Below the pieces are notes generated by a model that was not told where the DNA came from, did no database searches, and worked only from the letters and a program-made list of their open reading frames with translations. DNA of 62,749 nt, the filler included, from an uncultured virus (IMG/VR IMGVR_UViG_2061766007_002204) (Duplodnaviria > Heunggongvirae > Uroviricota > Caudoviricetes). It is 9 parts of one record of this genome, joined end to end, with 100 filler letters (N's around TTAATTAATTAA, not from the genome) between each part and the next. Parts side by side here need not be neighbours in the genome. Positions count along the whole stretch, not along the records: positions 22,880 to 24,974 come from IMGVR_UViG_2061766007_002204; positions 25,075 to 40,039 come from IMGVR_UViG_2061766007_002204; 7 more parts are not named here. One strand, 5' to 3'. A program made the position numbers and the translations under genes. This document shows, in pieces, positions 23,662-36,036 of this stretch; the stretch's first letter is position 1; each line of letters starts with the position of its first letter.

Positions 23662-23870
23662 ACAAAGACAAGCGTCTCGTGCTTGAGAAGGACGAGGCCG
23701 TCCGCCTCATCACGATGGCACACAACATGATGAAAGCGGCCGACTTGAACGGGCTGAAGTCGCAGGGGTTCATTTCCATCTGCGACACGTTCATCGTGGA
23801 CGAGGTCGCCCTGCTGTTGAACATCGCAGAGATGGACCAGGAGATCGACGTGTTCGAGGTTATCGGATAG
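23652..23870 (+). CDS. Hypothetical protein (paralog of 24128 gene)
   Basis: 72 aa; similar to downstream ORF. Confidence 0.65.
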   Translation: MHLDKDKRLVLEKDEAVRLITMAHNMMKAADLNGLKSQGFISICDTFIVDEVALLLNIAEMDQEIDVFEVIG

Positions 23871-24127
23871 CGANNNNNNNNNNNNNNNNNNNNNNNNNNN
23901 NNNNNNNNNNNNNNNNNNNNNNNNNNNNNAAGATATTGCCCCGAGTGCGGGGCCGAGCTCGAATTCAACTACGAACGAGAGGACGGAACGAAGGTCTACT
24001 ACTGCCCGGAGGGCGACGAGGACTACTACTTTGAGGAGGAGGACGGCTACGAGTATGCCGTCTGCCTTTACGACGGAAAAAGAACTTGCGTCGGCGTGGC
24101 CGGCTCTAATTGCTAATATAGACTGCT

Positions 24128-24336
24128 ATGGTATTCGACAAGAACGGAGGCCTCACCCTTGAGAAGNNNNNNNNNNNNNNNNNNNNNNNNNNNNNNNNNN
24201 NNNNNNNNNNACAACATGCTCAATGTGGCGGACTTGAATGAGTTGAGGAGCAAGGGGTTCGTCACTATCTGCGACACCTTCATCATCAGCGAGATCGAGT
24301 TGCTCCTCGCCATCGCAAGACCAAAGAGAGGCGTAT
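24128..24336 (+). CDS. Hypothetical protein (paralog of 23652 gene), partial
   Basis: MVFDKNGGLTLEK...NMLNVADLNELRSKGFVTICDTFII. Confidence 0.6.
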
Positions 24337-24502
24337 NNNNNNNNNNTCGTGAAGGAGTTCGGTCTTGAAGAGTGGCGCCCGGGGCGTTACTTGGAACCTC
24401 GTTGGGGATGGCCGATTGAGTACGATCCCGAGGTTGGATATTACCTGTGCTACTAATGAAATAGGCTTGTGGCGAATGGATAACCATAAAAAAGCAGAAG
24501 CA

Positions 24503-24974
24503 ATGAAAAAGTATGTTGTTGTCCGGAACAGTTGTCTGGTGCCGGACGTGCGTTTCCAGAGCGACGTGCGTGAAGACGCGAAGGCCTGGGCCGAGATCAT
24601 GAGCCGCAACGAGGGCGGCGAGTATGTGGTTTTTGAAATGGTGGAGGACTGAGTGATGTACAAGGTGTATCGGATGTATCGTGGCGTGAAGGTTTACGTC
24701 CAGAGCGGTTGCACGACCGAGTTCAACGAGAAGCGTGCCCGTGAGATTGCAGCGCGCAAGCTGAACGGCCGGAGGGTGTATCTGATTGAACGAGTGGAGG
24801 GCTGAGTCATGAGTGCAAGTATGCAGAAGGTGCGCGACCACTTGGTGAGCAAGTTGGGCGAGAGCTACGGCCGTATGAAGTGGGCGTGGTTCATGCAGCG
24901 TTATGATATCCTGCCTTGGGACGAGGTGCCCGAGCAGATGATGGCGGATGCGATGGCGGTGACCGAGGGAGGGG
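24503..24974 (+). CDS. Three small early ORFs (24503-24652, 24656-24805, 24809->gap)
   Basis: Tightly spaced ATG ORFs with A-rich starts. Confidence 0.55.
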
Positions 24975-25217
24975 NNNNNNNNNNNNNNNNNNNNNNNNNN
25001 NNNNNNNNNNNNNNNNNNTTAATTAATTAANNNNNNNNNNNNNNNNNNNNNNNNNNNNNNNNNNNNNNNNNNNNGGGCACGGTGTGGGAGAACTACGTGA
25101 GCAACCTTGAAGCGTTCCTTGAACGGAACAAAGAGGCGCTTTCCGACATTACTACGATGACGATCATCGGAAAAAGCAGGTATGTGGCGTAAGGACAACC
25201 AATAAAAACGAGTAACA

Positions 25218-26022
25218 ATGGCTTACAGCAATTCAGAGGTCGCTCATCGGTTTGCGACCGGCCGTGGCNNNNNNNNNNNNNNNNNNNNNNNNNNNNNNNN
25301 NNNNNNNNNNNNNNNNNNNNNNNNNTACGGCTATCACTTCCCGATAGCCATCAAGTGGAACGGCAAGGTGCTGTACAACGATCAGCGCTACAGCAACAGC
25401 ACGTCAAAGCATCAGAACTACGTCCTGGGCGCCTGCAGTCACATGGACATTGTTTACTGCGCGACGCTCGAGCACTGGGATACGTGGGCGAGCAAGCCGA
25501 CGAACGGGTTCATCGGTCGCAACTTAAAGTTGTGGCAGGACGAGGTGGACGATNNNNNNNNNNNNNNNNNNNNNNNNNNNNNNNNNNNNNNNNNNNNNNN
25601 NNNNNNNNNNNNNNNNNGCGGTTCTGCAAGGTGTTTGAGCAGGAGGTGCCGGAGGGAATCTACAAGTTCCGGAACAGCGAGGACGTGGAGAAGGCGAAGG
25701 CCTATGCGAAGGAGCGGATGAAGGAGGAGCGCGAACGCGAGAAGAAGCGCCAGGCCGAGGAGATTCAGAAGTTCCACGAGTTCAAGAAGAACTGGGTTNN
25801 NNNNNNNNNNNNNNNNNNNNNNNNNNNNCGAGCAAGGGTGTGGAGGTTCCGTTTGAGAAGGGCCTGGAGTTCTACCGCAAGCTCCGAGACGGACAGCTGA
25901 AGGTGGGCGACAAGGTCTTGTACTACACCGTGAACCGAGTGGCCGAGACGATCAGCATCGGTTGCCACACCTTCAAAAAGAGTTACTTGCTGGAGTACGG
26001 CAAGCAGATGTTCAACGAATAA
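25218..26022 (+). CDS. Conserved phage hypothetical protein (gapped)
   Basis: YGYHFPIA...YSNSTSKHQ...IGCHTF. Confidence 0.65.
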
Positions 26023-26033
26023 ACTGAGAAGAA

Positions 26034-29000
26034 ATGAAAATCGCTGAAATGAAAGCGAAGGATCGCGGGCTGGAGGTCCGCATCTTCGTGAGTGAGCGGA
26101 TGAAGAATGAGTCCGGCAACTGGGGAGACGACAAGCCCGTCCGTGGGTATTGGTATGCGGTGAAGGGCGGCTCGGTCGGTNNNNNNNNNNNNNNNNNNNN
26201 NNNNNNNNNNNNNNNNNNNNNNNNNNNNNNNNNNNNNNNNNNNNNNNNNNNNNNNNNNNNNNNNNNNNNNNNNATGCTGACGCTTGAGCATTTCTTGACG
26301 AGGGAGGGTCTGGTGGACCTTCTTTCGGTGGCGACGTACGGCAACTACTGGCCGGACGTGAAGTTGTACAAGTCTGACCGCGAGAAAGGTCTGTTTGACG
26401 ACTGCGACTGCTTGGAGGACAAGTGGGCCGTGGCGCTCCTGCAGGGCCGTGGTCTCGTGGTGTACGACCGGTACGAGGAAGAGAGCGAGCTGAATGACGG
26501 CGAAGAACAGAAGAAGTANNNNNNNNNNNNGGGTTGGAGAAGATGCGCGACGAGTATCCGCGCCATTGGGCCGACCTCGTGGAGGAGAACGACGACGCCA
26601 TCACGGGCGACGTGTGGCTCCAGCTGACTGTGTTCAACGAATTAATCTACGGATAGCATGAAAGATGAGCTTGTAAAGATCCTTCGGGACCTCATTGAGC
26701 GCTACGGTGAGCCGTGGCGACTTGAGTTCTGCGACGACTTCGACCTTGAGGAGGCCGAGAAGGTCGTGGACTTCTTCAACAACGGCGGTCTTGAGCTGCA
26801 CAACGAGTACGGCGAGAACACTGCGGTGGTGTACGCTGCTATTGTGGACGGCANNNNNNNNNNNNNNNNNNNNNNNNNNNNNNNNNNNNNNNNNNNNNNN
26901 NNNNNNNNGAGCTGACCGACATCTGCGGACGAATTGAGGAGATATATAAAATCTAGAGAGATGAAAAATGATTCATGGGATGCCCGCACCTTCAAAGTGG
27001 GCGACATTCTGGACGCATCGTTCCAGTACACGATGAAGATTCCGGAGTTCTTCCTAGTGACGAGGAACACCGGGAAGACTGTCTACGCTCGCAAGCTCGG
27101 CAAGGTCGTGGTGAGTCACGACGGATACGGCCAGAGCGGAACGATGGTTCCGGACCTCGCCGACCGGAGCGAGAAGGAGTACGTGGCCCGAATCCGCAAG
27201 GACGGGTCGATTAAGCTGGAGGGTTGCTTCGCCTNNNNNNNNNNGCTTGAGGAGGCGAGAAACTACCTGCAGGAGAATCCGTACGGAAAGCTCCGCGCCA
27301 TCTACGACGACCCGCTGTTCGGGAAGCGGACGGCGACCATCTGCAACGGGACCGGAGGGACGATGGTGCTTGCACCNNNNNNNNNNNNNNNNNNNNNNNN
27401 NNNNNNNNNNNNNNNNNNNNNNNNNNNNNNNNNNNNNNNNNNNNNNNNNNNNNNNNNNNNNNNNNNAGCTGGCCACGTTCAAGAGCGACTTCGTTCAGAC
27501 GTGCCTTAAGGCGGACCCGAGCAAGAGTCCGTACGAGAACGGACTGAGCACCGGCGTACCGATTGAGGGCAAGATCATCACGCTGAAGAGCTTCGGCAAG
27601 CAGTATCCTTGGATTGAGCAGCAGTTCCGAGAGGCGTTGAAGGAACGCAGGCCGTATCATTCCGCACGGGTTCCGTTCCGTGGGTACGATGCGACACTTG
27701 AACTGTGGTTCACGGACGAGGCAAAGACACTCATGAACGGGTCGCTTTCCTTGGAGTACAAGGACTGCGGCAACGGCTACTACTACATGCTCGTCAATGA
27801 CGACGAGTTCATCGGATACGATATCGACTAACCAAACGAAAGCAAAGCAATCATGAAAGTCTATTTAGTTATCGAAGAGTCCTGCGTCGAGGATATGCAG
27901 GACACCTATGTCAAGGTGTACAGTAAGAAGGAGGACGCGATCAAAGAGTGGAACGAACGGAGGAAGCAGTGGCTTGAGGGAAGTGAATGGGAGATGACCG
28001 AGAACGAATACCACTTCGAGATGTGGGAGGACGGATACTACTGCCATAATCATGTTAACCTGGATGTGGAAGAAAGCGAGGTACAATAACCATGGCAAAC
28101 AACAGTTAAAATAGGAGGACGAAATGAAGACAATGACAGTGAAGGAGCTCAAGGAGATCTTGGAGCACGCAGATGACAGGGAGTGCGTCGTGATTGACGA
28201 CGTCAACGACATGTGCATCGCCATCGTCGGAGGCGGTGAGTACAGCGAGGAAGGGATCNNNNNNNNNNNNNNNNNNNNNNNNNNCGGCCGAGTGGTTTGA
28301 CTCCGACTTCAACGAGATTGACTGGGCGCTCAAGGGAATCAAGAAGGTTACAACGCCGGACGTTGACGAGATGTACATCAACTACGCAGACGAGACCGGA
28401 GGGCGCGAGGTGTACGTCCAGGCCACGTTCTACGACGGGTTCGCCGAGGGCGTCGGGTTCAAGCTGACGTACCCGAAGATGTCCGAGCTGACGTCCGACC
28501 TTTTCCACCGGATAGACGAGTGCTGCGGTGGCCGCTGCACCGACTCCGGGTGCATCACTCCGCAGGACATCTGCGTGTACTGTGGAAAGCTGGAGCGGTT
28601 CGGCATCATGGATGCCACGAACGGACACGACAAGGACCTCGTCCGCGACATCAACGTCCGGTGGGTGGAAGACCACGACATGTTCCGACCGATCCTGCAG
28701 GCTCTGTACGAGAGGGACGCGCAGGAGATATTCAACTGCAAAGAGTTCGGATGGGACGACGACTTTGAGTCCGTCAAGGAGTGCATGCAGACCTACTGGG
28801 ACCTGCACGCTGAGACGTATCTCAAGTATGTCGCAGACGACCAGGACCTCGAAGCAATCATCAAGTTTGTCAGATACGATAGAAGCGAAAACGCATGAAG
28901 TACGAAGTGACTCTGTACTTCCACACCTACGTCAGTGTAGTTGTGGAGGCCGACAATGACAAGGACGCGATAGAAAACGCGTACCTTGAATCCGGAAACA

Positions 29001-29920
29001 AGAAATATGACGAGCCTCTGCTCAACAACCTTACGGAAGATGCAGACCCGGACGTTGAAGAGATTTAGGAGGACTAGCAATGGCAACGTTCATCATCAGC
29101 GCGAACATCATCGTGGAAGGCGATGCGATTGAGACTGAGGAGGATGCGCTCAGCGAGATCCAAATCATGCTCAACGACTACGAGGACATGAATCCTTACT
29201 GCAACAGTATCATCATTAGCTTCAACAAACAATGACAATCATCGTATTCTATCCTGTCAGCAACCCCTTTGATTGGGGGAGAGACGAGTTCCCCTGCTTT
29301 GACGACGACATCGCCTTCAAGAAGTTCTGGGAGGAACGTGAAGACCTCGGTGCAGTGTTCTACAACATGAGCACCCGATCCTACAGNNNNNNNNNNNNNN
29401 NNNNNNNNNNNNNNNNNNNNNNNNNNNNNNNNNNNNNNNNNNNNNNNNNNNNNNNNNNNNNNNNNNNNNGCGAAGACTGGGTATGGGAGGTAGTCAACTA
29501 TGGACGGTAACATGGTACATATCCTGCTCCGGCAGGATCTGAAGAAGGGAGGCGTGGCAATCCTTTCCCTTCACGCATCCTTTGAGTCGGCCATCGACAA
29601 GATAAAGCTCGAAGGAGACTACTACGAAGATCGTGGTTACGTCGTTGAGCGGAACTACGACCACTCATTCTTTGTCAAGGCGGTCGACCGGCCGCTCTGG
29701 TACTACTTCATCAGTTCAAGAACAATAGACAAGTAACGACATGGAAAAGTATTATCAACCGCAGCGCAGGGACTTCACAATCCCGCGAGAGATGTACTCT
29801 TGGCAGGNNNNNNNNNNNNNNNNNNNNNNNNNNNNNNNNNNNNNNNNNNNNNNNNNNNNNNNNNNNNNNNNNCGACATCGAAGACTACGTAATCATCGAC
29901 GCATATGGCAACACAATTTA
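26034..29920 (+). other. Run of about 12 small, often acidic early ORFs (e.g. 26274-26656, 26658-26915, 26961-27234, 27853-28089, 28124-28898, 29232-29510, 29500-29736)
   Basis: Co-oriented, closely spaced ORFs with phage-like C-ending codons. Confidence 0.65.
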
Positions 29921-30627
29921 AGCACTCCTACAAGGAGTTCGGTGCGGACGCTGTCCGCAAGCGCATCCTGTCCATGCTCGCCTTCCGCGACGAAGTGAAC
30001 GTGGAAGAGGCTCACGTGAAGTTCAGCACGGGCAACCGCAAGACCGGCGCCCAGGTGCCGAGCGTATCTCTCATCCCGGTCGCGGACTGTGGCAACTGTG
30101 CGATCTGCGCAAGGGGTTGCTACGACGTCCGGAACGTCTGCTTCCAGACGACTGTTCAGAAGGCACGCGCTAACAACAGCGCGATCTTCAAGAGCGACCC
30201 GCTGAAGTACTTCACCGAGATCAAGGAGTACATCATCAAGAAGCGCGTGAAGTTCTTCCGGTGGCACGTCGGCGGGGACCTCAAGGACACTGACTACCTT
30301 CGGAATGTTGTTGACATCGCGCTTGCGACTCCGGAATGTCAGCACCTCGCCTTCACGAAGATGTATGATCTCGTGAATTCGTTCCTCATGATGGGATACA
30401 AGATCCCGGACAACCTGCACATCATCTTCAGCGACTGGCGCGGAACCGATTTCGACAATCCGTACGAGATGCCGGTGAGCAGTCCTCTTTGGCCGGACGG
30501 CATGCATGGTCCGCACTGCACGGACAAGACGTTCCTGTGCCCTGGGTCCTGCGAGGAGTGCGCGGCCAACGGCGTCGGCTGTTGGGTGGCCGGTAAGGGT
30601 GACACGATCCTTTTCATCGCACACTGA
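29905..30627 (+). CDS. GP88 family (radical-SAM-like) protein
   Basis: GNRKTG, CGNCAICARGCY, FRWHVGGD, FTK, CPGSCEEC. Confidence 0.8.
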   Translation: MATQFKHSYKEFGADAVRKRILSMLAFRDEVNVEEAHVKFSTGNRKTGAQVPSVSLIPVADCGNCAICARGCYDVRNVCFQTTVQKARANNSAIFKSDPLKYFTEIKEYIIKKRVKFFRWHVGGDLKDTDYLRNVVDIALATPECQHLAFTKMYDLVNSFLMMGYKIPDNLHIIFSDWRGTDFDNPYEMPVSSPLWPDGMHGPHCTDKTFLCPGSCEECAANGVGCWVAGKGDTILFIAH

Positions 30628-30648
30628 TCAATTAGAGCAAAAGTCAAA

Positions 30649-31117
30649 ATGAGCAATTTTAAGTACACCCATGAGGTCTGCAATCACTGCGGTGAGGAGG
30701 TCAAGCTGAACGCACAGCTGGCCGTTCAGACCTGCCCGCACTGCGGGATGCGCATCGTCGCCTGCTCCATGTGCTTGGCCAATGACGATGCTGAGGAGAA
30801 CTACTGCGCCACCTGCTGTCTCTGCTACCAGGCGGAGCAGGAGAACAAGGGCCGTAAGCCGNNNNNNNNNNNNNNNNNNNNNNNNNNNNNNNNNNNNNNN
30901 NNNNNNNNNNNNNNNNNNNNNNNNNNNNNNNNNNNNNNNNNNNNNNTTGTACGAGATCTTTGCCGTCTATGCGGATGATGACGGAGCCGTGCGTCTCGAC
31001 GTGGCCGCAATCGATCCGTGGTCCGGTCCGAAGCTCCTTGAATTGGACGACAAGTGGCGCTGTGACACGCTCAAGCGGATCAGTTCGTTCGTCGAGGATG
31101 AAATTAATTCGCGTTAA
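30649..31117 (+). CDS. Cys-rich zinc-finger protein (may be two ORFs across gap)
   Basis: CNHC, CPHC, CSMC, CATC. Confidence 0.55.
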
Positions 31118-31154
31118 CTGCCAGTTAGGCACGAATTTTGATACAGTAAAAAGC

Positions 31155-31370
31155 ATGGAACAGACCAGAAAACTCTACGAGATCGCCCGTGAGATCCGGG
31201 CCGATTGGAAGAACATTTACTTCGGCGCAAAGCCGTATCTGGATGCGATGGGTTCGCTTGAGTCCATCGACGACCGCTACGGACTCGACTCCGCAGAGAC
31301 CATCGTGAGGTACTTCATCGCAAACGCCGGGACATGGAAGGGAGAGACCGCCCGGCGCGTCAAGGCGGAA
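31155..31370 (+). CDS. Conserved phage hypothetical protein (end in gap)
   Basis: LYEIAREIRADWKNIYFGAKPYLDAM...WKGETARRVKAE. Confidence 0.7.
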
Positions 31371-32219
31371 NNNNNNNNNNNNNNNNNNNNNNNNNNNNNN
31401 NNNNNNNNNNNNNNNNNNNNNNNNNNNNNNNNNNNNNNGACTCCGCCCTTGCGGAGACGTCCGACACCTGGGACTACGGCCAGGACGAGCGTCCGGTCGA
31501 ACAGTGGATCACCGACATCTTCGGGGACTTTACGCTCAAGTCCGGGAAGATCGAGAACGGCACNNNNNNNNNNNNNNNNNNNNNNNNNNNNNNNNNNNNN
31601 NNNNNNNNNNNNNNNNNNNNNNNNNNNNNNNNNNNNNNNNNNNNNNNNNNNNNNNNNNNNNNNNNNNNNNNNNNNNNNNNNNNNNNNNNNATGGCTCTCG
31701 GCCTAGTGGCCCTGCACGGCGCCTGGAGGAGTGTCGAGCTGCCCCTGCTGATCGGCGTGGCGACGCTCGTATGTATAATCATCAAAAACAACAGCAAAAG
31801 CAATGAACAAAAAGAAGAGAACTGAACTGTCGAAGGCGTGTGAGATGCTCACTAGCGCCAAGGAATCAATCGAGAAGGCAAAGGAGGTCGTGGACGGGGT
31901 GAAGGNNNNNNNNNNNNNNNNNNNNNNNGCCTTCCGGAAGGCCTGCAGGAAAGCGACCGTGGTTATGACATGCAGGATAACGTAGACGATCTGGAGGACG
32001 TTTCGTCCGAACTGGAGTATATGACCGAGACCCTCGGAGACCAGATCGAAAACATCTCGGCCGTGATCGGGAGGTAGCCATGGCACTGCTTACATACGAG
32101 GGGTTCGTCCTCTACGACAAACCGGACGGCGGGTACCGGTCCGAGATCAACGGACATGTGATTCTGTTCGACACTGTTTCGCAGTGGAAACAATACATCG
32201 ACTACTTGAAGACAAGACC

Positions 32220-32467
32220 ATGAAAAGAGAGTACAAGAAGAAAGAGATTATTCTCATCAACGAACTGACCGGCGAGCGNNNNNNNNNNNNNNNNNNNNNN
32301 NNNNCGCCGCCTCGTGCCACATCGGCACCAACTTTGCCAACGTACAGCGGGCCGCTATGTACAACGGCGTCGTCAAGGGATGGCGCGTGTACGAGTCCCC
32401 GGACACCATTAGGTTACACATCCGCGACCTGGAGGAGCAACTGCGGATACTCAACACAACAAAATAA
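32220..32467 (+). CDS. Small NUMOD1/HTH-like protein
   Basis: IILINELTGE...ASCHIGTNFANVQRA. Confidence 0.4.
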
Positions 32468-32780
32468 CACAGCCATGACTGGAACGAACAGGAAGGAGAT
32501 GCGCAAGCTCCTCAACGCGTACATTGCGCTCATGAAAGTCGCTTTTGACGGCGGAGTCAACATGGAGTTGGACATCCGNNNNNNNNNNNNNNGCCCGTGG
32601 TTCTCCGGACGTGTCAACGAAGAAAAGTGCGATTTCACCGACGATTCGCAGGACGGCGTTCGCTACCTTTTCTTCTCCGCCTACGAATGGCGGAGCGCAG
32701 AAGAGAACTGGGAGCAGGTGAAGCTCGTCGAGAAATTCATCGAAGACCATAAGAAGTAACCCATAAACAAAGCAAAGACA

Positions 32781-33094
32781 ATGAAAACGAAAGATCAACT
32801 CATCGAGCTCGGCATTGAGGGATTCAAGGCCGACGAAATCATGCTTCTCCAGAGCAAGATGCAGGAGCAGGCAGTCAAGTTCCAGTTCAAGAAGAAGGAC
32901 GGCACGATCCGCGACGCCATTGGTACGCTCAAGCNNNNNNNNNNNNNNNNNNNNNNNNNNNNNATGGCACGCTCTGGGAGCCGAAGGGCGAGGAGAAGCC
33001 GGAGCCGATCAGTATCGTCCGGTTCTTCGATCTGGAGAAGGGAGCATGGCGGTGCTTCACATGCACGGACTTCATCGGACTTGCGGAGGCGTAG
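32781..33094 (+). CDS. DUF2693 (WYL_2, SH3-like) protein
   Basis: VKFQFKKKDGTIRDAIGTL...FFDLEKGAWRCF. Confidence 0.8.
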
Positions 33095-33118
33095 CAACTT
33101 CGAATTCTATCTAAACTA

Positions 33119-35080
33119 ATGAAACTGATTGTCTATGCCGTCATCGTCAGCTACGTCGATGACATCCTGTCCAGCGATCTGGACAACATCTTCCCGACCC
33201 AAGAAAGCGCGATCGCAGCTGCGAAGAAGATCGCGAAGTCACCGAGCGTCTATCGTGTCAACGTCGACAAGGACGAGGTCACCGAGGAGTTCGGACGTGG
33301 CTGGTTGGCCACGGTCTATACCGAGAAACACGAAGAGAGACACTAAATCAAGAGAGTCATGCTTACTTACAACGGCACCACCATCGGCACTATCACCATC
33401 AAGCAGCGCCATGGAGAAAAGAACTACAAGTACACGCTCCAGATCCGGCAGGGCAACTGCCTCGCCGTCATCATCTACGTCCGCAAGGCCACGGAAGAGG
33501 AACTCAAGGAGAACCCGGAAGGGAAGTGGCGCCACCAGCTGTACACCTTCTACGGAGACGCACAGCACATGAAGAACATCATCAAGAATGAGGGCGACAT
33601 CTTCTTCCACGAGAAGGTCGTCAGCGTCAAGCTCAATCTGTACTACAAGGAGTGCAAGACGCTCCTCAAGTACTACACGCTGTCCGGTCACAAGGTGACC
33701 TGCTATTACGAGGAACCGAAGAAAAACAAGAAGTAATCATGGCGTCCTATTTCAGAATCAGTGATCTTCGTAACGGTAGGAGCATACGATGGGACGTGGT
33801 TAATGCTCCGGTCGGTAGCCAGATTCTCTATTGCGAGATCGAACACCGGGTCGGAATGAAGCAATGCCCGTCCAACTGCATACCATACGCCCTCGAGGTG
33901 GACGGATGGGGAGAGCTCGCCTGCGTTGGCGAAACGTACGAGACCGATGATTTTTCGGTCGAGGCAATCTCTTATGAGGAATATTTTGAAGCAATCAAAG
34001 ACTAAAAACCATGACTACAGAAATGCATCTTTTAGGCGAAGCGATCCAAGAGGTTACCCTCGCCGCGTGGCCCATCGTCTGGGCTGACAACAAATATGAC
34101 CAGGACAGCCGTGAGGTCCTCGAAATGCTCCGCGACTGGGGCGAAGAGTTCGAGAACTGGTGGCTCGGACACGACGAAGACTGNNNNNNNNNNNNNNNNN
34201 NNNNNNNNNNNNNNNNNNNNNNNNNNNNNNNNNNNNNNNNNNNNNNNNNNNNNTCCGGCCCGGACCAACAACCTCAAGGATTTCACTGCGTTCGCCGTCT
34301 GTCGCAAGAACTACGACCACGTTTTCGGCTACATGATGGAGAAGCTCCGCATGACACGTGAGCAGGCGCTCGACAAGATCCGGGAATGGGCCGACGATTT
34401 CTGGTTCGAGTACGTCGACCGCGACGTGTTCGAGGACTACAAGAACGGCGTGTCGTACTACGACCTGGNNNNNNNNNNNNNNNNNNNNNCAAGCTGGAGG
34501 AGGAGGCCAAGAAATGAGACCAGAGATCTACGAGGCCTTGAAGGCAAGAATTTCCGTGGCCGACGAGAAGGCCCGGGAAGCGTACTGCGAGAAGTATCCC
34601 AGCGCCGCCGACGCGATCGTGTACCGGTTCGACCTCGGCTGGATCGACGACGNNNNNNNNNNNNNNNNNNNNNNNNNNNNNNNNNNNNNNNNNNNNNNNN
34701 NNNNNNNNNNNNTACATGTTCCTTGGAATTTATGACGATGTCGACAGCAAATTATTGGCTGGCAGGCACGTTTCTTGCAAGTAATACATTAACGCCAAAA
34801 AAGCAAAAACATGACACACCTTTCTGACACTTTCATGCTGGACATGCTCGCGAAGGTCCAGCCGATCCAGGCCGAGATCCTCACGTCCGGCCGTTCCGCC
34901 CATGTGGACGCCCACGTTCACGAAGACTTCGACGATTACGGCAAGCATCACATTGACATCGACGTGACCATCTTCGACGGGAACACTCTCGTCAAGTCAT
35001 TCGATTTCAGCTCCCTATACTCCGAGGAGCAGTGCGAGGCCGAACTCTCTGCGCTTGTCGCTTACGTCCATACCATTTAG
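33119..35080 (+). other. Small early ORFs (33119-33346, 33359-33736, 33739-34005, 34011-34517, 34514-34791, 34811-35080)
   Basis: Co-oriented ATG ORFs with A-rich starts. Confidence 0.6.
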
Positions 35081-35093
35081 AAAAGGAGGAGTG

Positions 35094-35162
35094 ATGTTCG
35101 TTCTCATCTACATCCTGTGCGCCCTGGCGTTCCTGCCGGAGGTGCTGAAGGAAAAGCGATAG
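35094..35162 (+). CDS. 22-aa hydrophobic peptide
   Basis: MFVLIYILCALAFLPEVLKEKR preceded by AAGGAGG. Confidence 0.45.
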   Translation: MFVLIYILCALAFLPEVLKEKR

Positions 35163-35171
35163 CCCATAGCA

Positions 35172-35900
35172 ATGGACAAGCAAAAATACGTAATCTACCT
35201 TCGTGTGTCCACTCGCAGGCAGGGGTCTAGCGGCCTCGGCCTGGACGCGCAGAGGAAAATGTGCACCGATCTCATCGAGAGAGAGAACGGAGTCGTGGCG
35301 AAGGAGTTCCAGGACGTGGAGTCGGGTAAGTCCCGCACGCGTCCTGGCCTCTGGAACGCCATCGATTTCTGCAAGGCTTACGGATGTANNNNNNNNNNGT
35401 CTGGCCCGCGACGTGGAATTCACGTTCAAGGTGATCGGCACCGGCATCCAGATCCGATTCGTGGACATGCCGGTCATGAACACGATGATCCTGGGCGTGT
35501 TCGCGTCCGTTGCGCAGTACGAGAGAGAGCTTATCGTTCAGCGTACGAAGGGAGCGCTCGAGGCGATCAAGGACGACATAGCCAAGAACGGCGGGCACGT
35601 CTCCCGNNNNNNNNNNNNNNNNNNNNNNNNNNNNNNNNNNNNNNNNNNNNNNNNNNNNNNNNNNNNNNNNNNNNNNNNNNNNNNNNNNNNNNNNNNNNNN
35701 NNNNNNNNNNNNNNNNNNNNNNCTCCGCGCTCTATCTCTGGGTCACCAATCAGCTTCTGAAGGGAAAGCCGCGCAGGGCCATCCTGGCGGAAGCGATCGA
35801 ACTCTACGAAAAGAATCCGGCGCTCTACGGCACACGGAACGGCAAGCCCCTCTGCGAGGGAACGCTGTCAAGGTGGGCCAAGGAGATCAGCGCCGACTAA
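35172..35900 (+). CDS. Small serine recombinase (resolvase/invertase family)
   Basis: YLRVST..Q..SGLGLDAQR, DVESGK, RPGL, LARDV, AQYERELI..RTK. Confidence 0.9.
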   Translation: MDKQKYVIYLRVSTRRQGSSGLGLDAQRKMCTDLIERENGVVAKEFQDVESGKSRTRPGLWNAIDFCKAYGCXXXXSGPRRGIHVQGDRHRHPDPIRGHAGHEHDDPGRVRVRCAVRERAYRSAYEGSARGDQGRHSQERRARLPXXXXXXXXXXXXXXXXXXXXXXXXXXXXXXXXXXXXXXXSALYLWVTNQLLKGKPRRAILAEAIELYEKNPALYGTRNGKPLCEGTLSRWAKEISAD

Positions 35901-36036
35901 CCNNNNNNNNNNNNNNNNNNNNNNNNNNNNNNNNNNNNNNNNNNNNNNNNNNNGTACGCAAAGGAGCATTGGGACGAGTTATACAACGAGGCGGAGGATG
36001 CCGCGATGGAGAGGTATTACGAAAAGAAATACGGCC

